Source: Pseudomonadota bacterium
Lineage (GTDB): Bacteria; Pseudomonadota; Gammaproteobacteria; Pseudomonadales; Moraxellaceae
Length of the DNA stretch: 64,000 bases
Assembly (NCBI GenBank): GCA_021804355.1
Contig: JAJZHP010000001.1
Coordinates: 3,019-67,018, forward strand
Direction of reading: 5' to 3'
Position numbers and translations under genes: made by a program. Position 1 is the stretch's first letter. Every line of letters begins with the position of its first letter. Below the pieces are notes generated by a model. It ran no database searches, was not told the DNA's origin, and was given only the letters and a program-made list of their open reading frames with translations. Shown piece by piece: positions 28,378-36,833 of the stretch.

Positions 28378-29700
28378 ATGATGAGAAAGATAAGCATACT
28401 GATGTTGGGGGCAGCATGTGGCTGGTGGGCAGCTAATGTTGATGCAGCTACGGCTGACATGACGCTGGATAATGGCCTGCGGGTTGTCGTCCGTGAGGAT
28501 CATCGATCGCCTGTGGTGGTCGTGGAAGTGGCCTACCGAGTAGGTGCCGTCGACGAGAAAGACGGCAAGACAGGCTTGGCACACATGCTTGAACATATGA
28601 TGTTCAAAGGCACCGCCAAGGTGCCCAGTGAGCAGTACTCGCGTATTGTTGCTCATTACGGCGGTGAAGAAAACGCCTTTACCACGGATGACTATACAGC
28701 CTATTACCAGGTGGAGGCTGCTGATAGATTGCCGCTGGCGCTTGAGCTTGAAGCTGACAGAATGGAAGGACTCAGTCTCAGGGCTGAGGATTTCAAGGAA
28801 GAGCATCGTGTCGTCATGGAGGAGCGGCGCTGGCGTGTTGAGGACAACCCCATGGCATTGGCCGGCGAACATTTCAGTGCGGTGGCTAATATGGCTTCTC
28901 CCTACCGGCGACCTACCATTGGCTGGATGCCGGACATTCAAGGCCTGACTATTGATGATGTACGTGACTGGTACCACACCTGGTACGCACCCAATAATGC
29001 CGTGCTGGTGGTCGTGGGTGACGTAGACACCAAGCAAGTTATGGCTGAGGCCAAACACTTCTTTGCAGGGCTGAAGGCTCATCCCCTGCCGGCAGCGGTG
29101 GTGCCTCGTGAACCTGAGGTGCCTGGCGAGCGGTGTCTGAAGCTACAGGTTAAGACTCAGGTGCCTACCTTGCTTATGGCATTTAACGCGCCTGGATTGC
29201 GAACGGCAGAGCACAGTGATGATGTTTATGCCCTCACGATGCTGGCAGGCATCCTGGATCAAGGAGATAGTTCGAGGTTAGCCCAGGACCTGGTAAGAGG
29301 GCAGCAGATCGCATCAACAGCAGATGTAGGCTACAGTGGCATTGCACGTGGTGATACCTTGGTTGAGTTCAGCGGGATACCTGCTCAGGGCCATGGGCTA
29401 GCAGATTTGCGTGCAGCATTCCTGAAAGAGATAAAAGCCCTGCAGGATCGTGCTCCCTCAGAGGAGGAAATGAATCGGGTACGGGCGCAACTCGAAGCAG
29501 CGGATATTTTTAGCCATGATTCGTTATCGGGTATTGCCAGCTCTTTGGTTAGTTTTGAGGCGATTGGGCTGACCTGGCATGATAGGGATGCGTATATGGA
29601 TCGGCTTCGTCAAGTAACCCCAGCGCAGGTGCAGGCCGTGGCACGTACCTACCTGGTTCCAGAACGTATGACGGTTGGAGAATTGGAGCCCAAGCCTTGA
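28378..29700 (+). CDS. M16 (pitrilysin) family zinc peptidase, catalytic-type subunit
   Basis: The signal peptide is MMRKISILMLGAACGWWAANVDA. The inverted zinc motif HxxEH is present (GLAHMLEHMMFKG). Divergent from ftsY. Confidence 0.85.
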   Translation: MMRKISILMLGAACGWWAANVDAATADMTLDNGLRVVVREDHRSPVVVVEVAYRVGAVDEKDGKTGLAHMLEHMMFKGTAKVPSEQYSRIVAHYGGEENAFTTDDYTAYYQVEAADRLPLALELEADRMEGLSLRAEDFKEEHRVVMEERRWRVEDNPMALAGEHFSAVANMASPYRRPTIGWMPDIQGLTIDDVRDWYHTWYAPNNAVLVVVGDVDTKQVMAEAKHFFAGLKAHPLPAAVVPREPEVPGERCLKLQVKTQVPTLLMAFNAPGLRTAEHSDDVYALTMLAGILDQGDSSRLAQDLVRGQQIASTADVGYSGIARGDTLVEFSGIPAQGHGLADLRAAFLKEIKALQDRAPSEEEMNRVRAQLEAADIFSHDSLSGIASSLVSFEAIGLTWHDRDAYMDRLRQVTPAQVQAVARTYLVPERMTVGELEPKP

Positions 29701-31109
29701 GATATCTATTCATAGTCATGATGGCCTGCGCGGCGTTGGCGAGTTGGGCAGAAGGGGAGCATTTTGCTTCGGTCGGCCCCATTACGGCACTGGATCAGCT
29801 GGAAAGTACCCACAACCTTAATATGAGACCTCATTTAAGGCCTTTTGATATACGGCGTTGGCAAACCCAGGCGGGTACATCCGTATTTTTTGTGAGAGCT
29901 GATGATGTGCCTATGCTGGATTTGCGTATCGTGTTCAATGCGGGTGCGGCTCGCGATGGAAAACGATCCGGCGTGGCTTACACCTTATCCAATATGATGT
30001 TCCAGGGCACGGGTCAGCAGAATGCTGCCGAAATTGCAGCCACGTTCGAGCGCATGGGGGCACAATATAGCAGTAATTCCGCGCGTGATATGGCTTTGGT
30101 TGAGCTTCGCACCCTGACTGATCCTCAGTATATGGATGCTGTATTGAAGGAATTTACCTTAGCAGTAACTCAGCCAAAATTTCGCGAGGAAGATTTCCAG
30201 CGCATTCGTAACCAGGAGTTAGTCGGACTTAAGGAAATGCTGCAGTCTCCCGGTGCACAGGCCACCAAATTATTCTGGTCCACGCTTTATGCCAATTCAC
30301 CTTACGGAACCTTGCCACAGGGTGATCTGGAAAGTCTTAAGCTGATGAAACCTGCTGATCTGGATGAGTTTTTCAAGCAATACTACAATGCACACAATGC
30401 CATTATAGTTATGGTCGGCGCCATCGATGAGACCAAGGCCAAATCCATCAGTGAAGCCTTGACAGCCTCCATGCCCAAGGGCGATGCAGCACCCGCCTTG
30501 GCTGACCAGCTACCCTTGAGCCAAGCCAAAGAGATACATCTTGAGTTCCCTTCTGAGCAGACACACATTCTAATGGGAGGCTTGGGAATTCGTCGGGATG
30601 ATCCTGATTATTATGCCCTATCGGTTGGCAATGAGATCCTGGGAGGAGGCAGCTTCAGCTCCCTGCTCACCCGTGAAATCCGTATCAAACGTGGATATTC
30701 TTACAGTGTGGCCAGTTACTTCTTGCCTATGCAGGCTAAAGGTCCTTGGATGATTTCCATGCAAACAAAGAATGATCAGACAGAGGACGCACTAAAGGTG
30801 ACTCGTGAGGTCATCCATAATTTCTTACAAGAAGGTCCTACGGCTGCAGAATTGCAGGAGACTAAAGATCATATCGTGGGTGGTTACCCACTGAGCTTGG
30901 CCAGCAATTACAGTATTTTAGGCAATCTCGCCATGATGGGTTTTTACCATTTACCCGCTGATTTTCTTGATCATTACCCTGATGCAATTGATGCAGTGAC
31001 CATAGCTCAGGTTAAAGATGCCATGAAACGGCATGGAAAGCAGAATACCTGGGTCACGGTTACCGTGGGTCTTGCGACGACGAAGCATGATACGCACCCC
31101 CAACCCTGA
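29697..31109 (+). CDS. M16 family peptidase-like protein, probably non-catalytic partner
   Basis: The TTG start is coupled to the upstream stop (TTGA), with GGAG 8 nt upstream. The signal peptide is MRYLFIVMMACAALASWA. The position equivalent to HxxEH reads AYTLSNMMFQG, so the zinc ligands are absent. Confidence 0.8.
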   Translation: MRYLFIVMMACAALASWAEGEHFASVGPITALDQLESTHNLNMRPHLRPFDIRRWQTQAGTSVFFVRADDVPMLDLRIVFNAGAARDGKRSGVAYTLSNMMFQGTGQQNAAEIAATFERMGAQYSSNSARDMALVELRTLTDPQYMDAVLKEFTLAVTQPKFREEDFQRIRNQELVGLKEMLQSPGAQATKLFWSTLYANSPYGTLPQGDLESLKLMKPADLDEFFKQYYNAHNAIIVMVGAIDETKAKSISEALTASMPKGDAAPALADQLPLSQAKEIHLEFPSEQTHILMGGLGIRRDDPDYYALSVGNEILGGGSFSSLLTREIRIKRGYSYSVASYFLPMQAKGPWMISMQTKNDQTEDALKVTREVIHNFLQEGPTAAELQETKDHIVGGYPLSLASNYSILGNLAMMGFYHLPADFLDHYPDAIDAVTIAQVKDAMKRHGKQNTWVTVTVGLATTKHDTHPQP

Positions 31110-31680
31110 GCCGCGTTTGCGTAATAAGGTCCGTATTATTTCAGGCCGTTGGCGCGGCCGATGGCTGGAGTTTGTCGATAGCCCAGGGTTGCGCCCCACG
31201 CCTAACCGGGTCAGGGAGACCCTGTTTAACTGGCTGCAAGCCTATGTTCCCGGTGCGCGCGTGTTGGATCTTTTCGCCGGTTCTGGTGCACTGGGGTTTG
31301 AAGCGGCATCCAGGGGGGCGTCCAGCTGCACGATGATTGAGCGTGATGCCAGCACGGTGGCCATGCTGAAAGCACAGGCCAACAGGCTTGCGAGTGTAGC
31401 GACGGAGATCATACAGGCGGATACACAGACCTGGTTGAAGAGATCATCACACGAACCCCCCTATAATGTGGTGTTTATAGATCCGCCTTTTGATCTTGGG
31501 CTTTGGCAGAGTACCCTGTCAAGTTTGATTGAATTTGAGTGGCTTTCCCCAGAGGCTCACGTGTATATGGAAATGCCTATCGGGGTTGCGGATGACCTGG
31601 ATATAGGCGCACTCGAAATACGTCGGCGTTTGAGGGCAGGCGAGGTTGAGGTTCTACTGCTCCATAAGGCGAGCTTGTAG
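31087..31680 (+). CDS. rsmD: 16S rRNA (guanine966-N2)-methyltransferase
   Basis: From ATG 31087 the protein contains IISGRWRGRWLEF....GLRPTPNRVRETLFNWL, LDLFAGSGALGFEAASRGA and FIDPPF. Confidence 0.88.
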   Translation: MIRTPNPEPRLRNKVRIISGRWRGRWLEFVDSPGLRPTPNRVRETLFNWLQAYVPGARVLDLFAGSGALGFEAASRGASSCTMIERDASTVAMLKAQANRLASVATEIIQADTQTWLKRSSHEPPYNVVFIDPPFDLGLWQSTLSSLIEFEWLSPEAHVYMEMPIGVADDLDIGALEIRRRLRAGEVEVLLLHKASL

Positions 31681-31714
31681 GCAAGGCAACTTCTTGTGTA
31701 ACAAGGAGATACGC

Positions 31715-31744
31715 TTGACTCTTCAACTTATTTATGGCTAGTAT
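31715..31744 (+). promoter_or_regulatory. Candidate sigma-70 promoter for the downstream OMP gene
   Basis: TTGACT (31715-31720), then an 18-nt spacer, then TAGTAT (31739-31744). The ATG at 31775 is preceded by GGAG. Confidence 0.45.
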
Positions 31745-31774
31745 CATCGAAGCAGATTTCTTGGAGAAACATCT

Positions 31775-32308
31775 ATGTTCCCTAAAATAGTTGGTTTGGC
31801 TATATGTGCGACCATGTTGGCTGCCAACGTTTATGCTGACCCTGAGCAGCCCTATGTTGGCCTGAACTACGGCCTGATGACGGATCATACCTACTCCAGT
31901 AATGGGAACAATCAACGTATGGGTGAGGTAGTTGCTCGTTTTGGTGATGATTTGAATGAGTATTTTGGTGTGGAGGCTCATTTAGCCACGGGAGCCAGTG
32001 ATGCCAAGCTGAGCAATGGTGTCACTAACGAGAGTTTGCATCTTTATTCCATGGAATCAGCATTTGCCAAACCTCAAATTCAGGTAGAGAGTTTTTCGCT
32101 GTATGGTTTGCTAGGCGTATCTGTCTGGCGCACGGCTCTGACGGGTGCCACGATCAATAAGACCTGGTCATCAGACCATGGTGCAGCTCTTGGGGCTGGT
32201 GTGCGTGTTCCGTTGACAACCTCGGGTCAGTGGTTATTCGACGCCACCTATGTGCATTTAAAGAACAGCCAGAGCTACGCCATGGCAGGTGTGGATTATC
32301 GCTTTTAA
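31775..32308 (+). CDS. Small outer-membrane beta-barrel protein (OmpA-like/OmpX-OmpW-like barrel)
   Basis: The signal peptide is MFPKIVGLAICATMLAANVYA. The C-terminus is ...MAGVDYRF with a terminal Phe. An alternating beta-strand pattern is visible. Confidence 0.55.
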   Translation: MFPKIVGLAICATMLAANVYADPEQPYVGLNYGLMTDHTYSSNGNNQRMGEVVARFGDDLNEYFGVEAHLATGASDAKLSNGVTNESLHLYSMESAFAKPQIQVESFSLYGLLGVSVWRTALTGATINKTWSSDHGAALGAGVRVPLTTSGQWLFDATYVHLKNSQSYAMAGVDYRF

Positions 32309-32321
32309 TTGCATACGAGAT

Positions 32322-33050
32322 TTAAAGCCCCCAAGGAAGATCCGGTATGCTTGAAAAGAGCTGCCGTAATCCTTGGGACCAGGCTTCCCGTAATTTAACG
32401 AGGTAGGGATCTCCTTCGGCAAAACGATACTGCAGTGCGGGTTGCAATCGACCTGAGACATGTATCATCAGGTCAACAGGTAAGCCTACGGAAAGATTAG
32501 ATCGTATGGTAGAGTCGAAGGATACCAGCACGCACTTAGCCGCTTCCATCAGTTCGGTATGGTGCTCAATGACGCGATCGAGTATGGGTTTTCCATACTT
32601 GGATTCGCCAATCTGTAAATAGGGCGTATCGTCCGTAGCTTCGATGAAATTACCTTGAGGATAGATGTTATACAGCCGATGCGTGTCACCGGCTATCTGT
32701 CCTCCCAGTAAAAACGAGCAACTGAAATCCACGCCCGCTTCCCTGCCCTCGCGACTTTGATCGCGCTCTGTCACTTCCCGCAGCGTATGTCCAATCAGAC
32801 AGGCCGCATCGTACATGGAGCTAACATTATTTAGATTCTCATGCTGGCTGTGCAGGCGTTGTTGCAAAAGGGATAGAACGCTTTGCGTCGTGGCGAGATT
32901 TCCTGCTGAAAGCAAAACGAGCAAGCGATCAGAGGCAGAAAATGTAGCCATTTTGCGAAACGTGGCGACATGATCTACGCCTGCGTTAGTGCGCGAATCA
33001 GAAGCCATCACTAGTCCGGATTCAACGCGTACAGCGACACAGTAGGTCAT
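32322..33050 (-). CDS. Proteasome-type Ntn hydrolase Anbu (ancestral beta subunit; COG3484-like)
   Basis: The protein starts MTYCVAVRVESGLVMASDSRTNAGVDHVATFRKM. Thr follows the initiator Met directly, and Asp and Lys sit at the approximate proteasome D17/K33 positions. It follows the ATP-grasp and alpha-E genes, with a 1-nt TGATG overlap. Confidence 0.8.
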   Translation of the reverse strand: MTYCVAVRVESGLVMASDSRTNAGVDHVATFRKMATFSASDRLLVLLSAGNLATTQSVLSLLQQRLHSQHENLNNVSSMYDAACLIGHTLREVTERDQSREGREAGVDFSCSFLLGGQIAGDTHRLYNIYPQGNFIEATDDTPYLQIGESKYGKPILDRVIEHHTELMEAAKCVLVSFDSTIRSNLSVGLPVDLMIHVSGRLQPALQYRFAEGDPYLVKLREAWSQGLRQLFSSIPDLPWGL

Positions 33051-33964
33051 CAGACACCCTCAAGATAAGCGCTTTGTACGCTGGAACCCAAGCTCGATAA
33101 AGTAGCAAGATAGTTGATTAGTGCGGGTACCAAGCCAGACGTCAGGACATGACTGATGTGATTGTAACGCAGATTAGCGAGTAGTTCTGCACAGATCCTA
33201 CGCGTATCGAGACCCGCTGGACCATTGATTAATTCCAGTGTCTGACTGGCTTCCATGACGCAGGCATGCAGGGAGCGCGGGAAGCTCACATCGAGCAAAA
33301 GCAGTTCAGCAACATCTTCATAAACCATACGGTCGCGATAGATTTCACGGTAACTCTCCATGGCAGACAGAGAGCGTAGCAGTATTTCCCATGAAGAAAT
33401 ACCTTCAGTGACTGAAGATGCCTGAACCAGCAGGATGCGCAGGGTATTATCGGCACGCTCAAGAAAACTGCCAAGGCGAGAAAAATTGAAAGCCTGATTG
33501 CGGCGTATGGTGCCAAAGGTGACACCGCGAAATAAATGACTACGCTCTTTAACCCAATCGAGAAAATGCCGATAGCCTTGAGCGGACTGACGTTCACGGT
33601 TCATGTCCCGCAGTTCAAGCCAGGTAGCATTGATGGTTTCCCACATTTCTCCCGTAATACTGCCACGAACGACATGAGCGTTTTCCCGGGCTGTTTTTAA
33701 ACAACTGTAAATGCTGGAGGGATTGCGTGGGTTGAGTGTACAAAATCGCATAAGATTATCGATAGTCAGGAGTTCTCCCTGACTGAGAAATAGCGCTTCC
33801 GTTCCGCTGATGGTTAAGGGGGCGCGTAAGGCTTCTCGATCCAGGACACCCGGCAATAGTGACATCTGATAAAGTACATCAAGAAGTCGGGCATAGTTTT
33901 CTGCGCGCTCAATCTGTCGGGACATCCAGTAAATACAATCTGCAGTGCGACTCAGCATGGTCAC
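33050..33964 (-). CDS. Alpha-E domain protein (COG2307-like)
   Basis: The N-terminus (MLSRTADCIYWMSRQIERAENYARLLDV) is the typical alpha-E start. It overlaps the ATP-grasp gene stop by 4 nt (ATGA). Confidence 0.8.
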   Translation of the reverse strand: MTMLSRTADCIYWMSRQIERAENYARLLDVLYQMSLLPGVLDREALRAPLTISGTEALFLSQGELLTIDNLMRFCTLNPRNPSSIYSCLKTARENAHVVRGSITGEMWETINATWLELRDMNRERQSAQGYRHFLDWVKERSHLFRGVTFGTIRRNQAFNFSRLGSFLERADNTLRILLVQASSVTEGISSWEILLRSLSAMESYREIYRDRMVYEDVAELLLLDVSFPRSLHACVMEASQTLELINGPAGLDTRRICAELLANLRYNHISHVLTSGLVPALINYLATLSSLGSSVQSAYLEGV

Positions 33965-35418
33965 CTCCCCTCCGTACGATGAGCATCCAAGATCCAGGTG
34001 TCCTTGGTGCCACCTCCTTGTGAAGAATTGACAACCAGGGAGCCTTCACGCAAAGCGACGCGTGTTAATCCTCCCGGGACGATATGGATGTCCGCACCAG
34101 ACAAGACAAAGGGGCGCAAATCTATATGTCGTGGAGCAATGCCTTCATCCACATAAGTCGGACAGGTAGACAGAGCAAGCGTAGGTTGGGCGATATAAGA
34201 TTCAGGGTTACGTTCCAGTTTATGACGAAATTCTGTGAGTTCTCGCGATGAAGCAGCAGGCCCTACCAGCATGCCATAGCCTCCCGAGCCATTGACTTCC
34301 TTAACGACCAGTTCAGCGAGATGATCAAGGGTATAGGCCAAACTTTCAGGATCTCGACAGGCATACGTGGGCACATTATTAAGCAAGGGTTCTTCGTTAA
34401 GATAAAATCTGGTCATTTCAGGCACATAGGGGTAAATCGATTTGTCATCAGCAAAACCATTACCTACAGCGTTGACTATCCCTACCTGACCTGCCAGGTA
34501 AGCACTCACTAAACCCGGTGTTCCCAGCATAGAGTCTTGTCTAAAGACCGTTGGATCAAGGTATTCATCATCAATTCGGCGATAGATCACATCTACTTTT
34601 TCCAACCCTCCCGTTGTTCGCATATAAACCTTATGATCACGCACGACCAGATCAGCGCCCTCTACAAGTTCTACCCCCATTTGTTGAGCCAGAAAGGCGT
34701 GCTCAAAATAGGCAGAGTTGTACCTGCCAGGGGTCAGTACGACCACGGTAGGTTTTCCGCTGGCATTGGGAGCCGCATCACAAAGCACTTGATGTAACAG
34801 GTCGGGGTAATGATGAATGGGGGCTACCGGTTGATGGATAAATAATTCTGGAAATAGCCGCATCATCATCTTACGATTTTCCAGCATATAGGAAACCCCA
34901 GACGGGGTCCGCAGATTATCTTCCAGCACAAAATAACGACCATCGCCATGTCGCACGATATCGATGCCGGCAATGTGAGCATGTATGCCATGAGGCAAGC
35001 GCAAGCCCTGCATACAGGGCTGATAATGAGGGTGATTCAATAACGTACTGGCAGGTAGAATGCCTGCCTGAATAATATTTTTTTCATGATAAATGTCGTC
35101 GAGAAAGGCATTCAAGGCTTGTGCCCGCTGCCTGAGACCCCGTTCCAGGTAAGTCCATTCTTCCTGACTGATGATGCGTGGTATGGTATCGAAAGGAATC
35201 AAACGTTCCCGGCCTGTACTGTCTCCATAGACCGAGAATGTGATTCCCATACGATGAAATAGTTGTGCCGCTTCCTCTCTTCGGGCACGCATGTCTTCAT
35301 CGGAATGCGCATGCAGCCAGTCGGCAAAGCGACGGTAACTAGAACGAATCCGCCCCTTCCCAGCAAACATTTCATCAAAGCTCAAAGAGCTATCAGTACT
35401 GCCTTTCAACTTGGGCAT
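33961..35418 (-). CDS. Circularly permuted type-2 ATP-grasp protein (COG2308-like)
   Basis: From ATG 35418 (AGGAG 5 nt upstream) the protein contains FDEMF...IRSSYRRFADWL...GITFSVYGD...ERLIPFDTIPRII..EEW..LERGLRQRAQALNAFLDDIY. This is collinear with the family as I recall it. Confidence 0.85.
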   Translation of the reverse strand: MPKLKGSTDSSLSFDEMFAGKGRIRSSYRRFADWLHAHSDEDMRARREEAAQLFHRMGITFSVYGDSTGRERLIPFDTIPRIISQEEWTYLERGLRQRAQALNAFLDDIYHEKNIIQAGILPASTLLNHPHYQPCMQGLRLPHGIHAHIAGIDIVRHGDGRYFVLEDNLRTPSGVSYMLENRKMMMRLFPELFIHQPVAPIHHYPDLLHQVLCDAAPNASGKPTVVVLTPGRYNSAYFEHAFLAQQMGVELVEGADLVVRDHKVYMRTTGGLEKVDVIYRRIDDEYLDPTVFRQDSMLGTPGLVSAYLAGQVGIVNAVGNGFADDKSIYPYVPEMTRFYLNEEPLLNNVPTYACRDPESLAYTLDHLAELVVKEVNGSGGYGMLVGPAASSRELTEFRHKLERNPESYIAQPTLALSTCPTYVDEGIAPRHIDLRPFVLSGADIHIVPGGLTRVALREGSLVVNSSQGGGTKDTWILDAHRTEGR

Positions 35419-35561
35419 AGATTCTCCTGACACTCCTATCCTCAACACTAGGAGCGTTAGAAGACCTATGCAGACAACATGCCAAGCAAAAACCTAACAT
35501 GTATCCTCGGGGCCGAGCTTAAATGGTGCAAAGACTAATTCATGTCAGAGCGCCGCGACAC

Positions 35562-35762
35562 TTAATGGTGCACATGCTCGTGCCGTACAGAAGCTCTTAA
35601 GCCATCTTCTAAAGCATGCATGATTTTCAATGTAGCATTTAAGGTTTGGGCCTCGATGCTGTCATCGGGCAGCAGTCGATCATGCATTTGTTGCAGTTGC
35701 TCTAGTTGCTGATGTATTGCCTTGGCATCAAGATTGGTGAGGGTGACAGTATGCGGTAACAT
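35562..35762 (-). CDS. Hypothetical 66-aa protein, predicted helical, His-rich C-terminus (HEHVHH)
   Basis: A strong RBS is present (AAGGAGattgtcATG). No family was recognised. It lies co-directionally between the HMG-CoA lyase gene and the ATP-grasp/alpha-E/Anbu operon. Confidence 0.45.
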   Translation of the reverse strand: MLPHTVTLTNLDAKAIHQQLEQLQQMHDRLLPDDSIEAQTLNATLKIMHALEDGLRASVRHEHVHH

Positions 35763-35832
35763 GACAATCTCCTTTAACGAGGTGTACTTCCAACATAGAC
35801 CAAGGCGCGTGGAGTTGCCAGCGATAGTGCAC

Positions 35833-36768
35833 TTATTGCCAGGTGCAATCGGGTTGCTGACTTCGTAGCCAAATGCTGACTTTGCCGCCTAGAGCTTGTC
35901 CGGTGATACGGGAAGCAAAGGCTATCGATGACTGCAGCTTGGCCAAATCAATACCGGTGGAGCAACCTTCCTGCTCACAAAGGTAAACGAGGTCTTCGGT
36001 GGCGACATTGCCGGTAGCCCCTGGGGCATAGGGACAGCCACCAAGACCGCCTACGCTGGCATCAAAGCGACGAATGCCACAATCCAGACCCGCCAGAGCA
36101 ACGGGGAGAGCCTGGCCGCGCGTATCATGTAAATGCAGGCTAAGTCGGCTTGTGCCGGCGAGAGCTATCAGGGGATGCAGTAGGTCACGAGCCAACTTGG
36201 CGCTACCTGCTCCTGTCGTATCAGAAACGACCAATTCATCAGCACCCAGCTTGAGCAGTTGCTCCGCAAGAACGAGCACATCACGGACAGGAACGGGGCC
36301 TTGGTAAGGACAGCCCATCGCCCCTGACAAGTAGACACGTAGCCGTAATCCGTCGGATCTTGCCTGTACCATGAGATCTTGCACGCCTTTGAGAGCAAGC
36401 TCCGTGGTCATGTTCAGGTTACGCTGATTAAAAGCATCCGTGGTGGCGAGTACCACGGCTAATTGCTGGTAGGGGAAATTCCTGGCGGCATCATAACCAC
36501 GACGGTTGGGAACCAGGGCGCTCAGGCCACAGGTATCAAAGTTAGGGCGTTCAGCCTTGAGATAGGCAAATAACGATTCGGTAAGTATGGCGGCATCCGC
36601 CATCTGGGGAACAGCGCGAGGACTGACAAAACTGGTGACTTCCAGCTGTTGGATGCCACTGTCAAGTAGTGACCAGGCCAGCGCGAGTTTATCAGCAGTA
36701 CTGATAGGGCGAGGTTGATTTTGCAGGCCATCGCGTAGCCCTACTTCCTGAATGATGACCTGATCCAT
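35833..36768 (-). CDS. Hydroxymethylglutaryl-CoA lyase family protein
   Basis: The protein begins IIQEVGLRDGLQNQP and has the ...HLHDTRGQAL... and GLGGCPYAPGATGNVATEDLVY motifs of HMGL-like enzymes. The RBS is GAGGCGG. Confidence 0.88.
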   Translation of the reverse strand: MDQVIIQEVGLRDGLQNQPRPISTADKLALAWSLLDSGIQQLEVTSFVSPRAVPQMADAAILTESLFAYLKAERPNFDTCGLSALVPNRRGYDAARNFPYQQLAVVLATTDAFNQRNLNMTTELALKGVQDLMVQARSDGLRLRVYLSGAMGCPYQGPVPVRDVLVLAEQLLKLGADELVVSDTTGAGSAKLARDLLHPLIALAGTSRLSLHLHDTRGQALPVALAGLDCGIRRFDASVGGLGGCPYAPGATGNVATEDLVYLCEQEGCSTGIDLAKLQSSIAFASRITGQALGGKVSIWLRSQQPDCTWQ

Positions 36769-36833
36769 ATTGCCGCCTCACAAACTCAGAGTATTGACTA
36801 GGCTGCCAGATAATTAGCCATGTGGTCAATGAA

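Noticed and set aside
28333-29082. 249-aa ORF on the minus strand opposite the first M16 peptidase gene
   Set aside because: It lies entirely antisense to a strongly supported gene with HxxEH and a signal peptide. It has no recognisable motifs or RBS, and its composition (His/Cys/Ser-rich) is typical of a shadow frame.
35798-35832. Sigma-54-like TGGCA...GC element upstream of the 66-aa ORF
   Set aside because: The spacing between the GG and GC dinucleotides is off by one from the TGGCAC-N5-TTGCW consensus. No enhancer-binding protein gene is nearby. A weak sigma-70 reading is more plausible.
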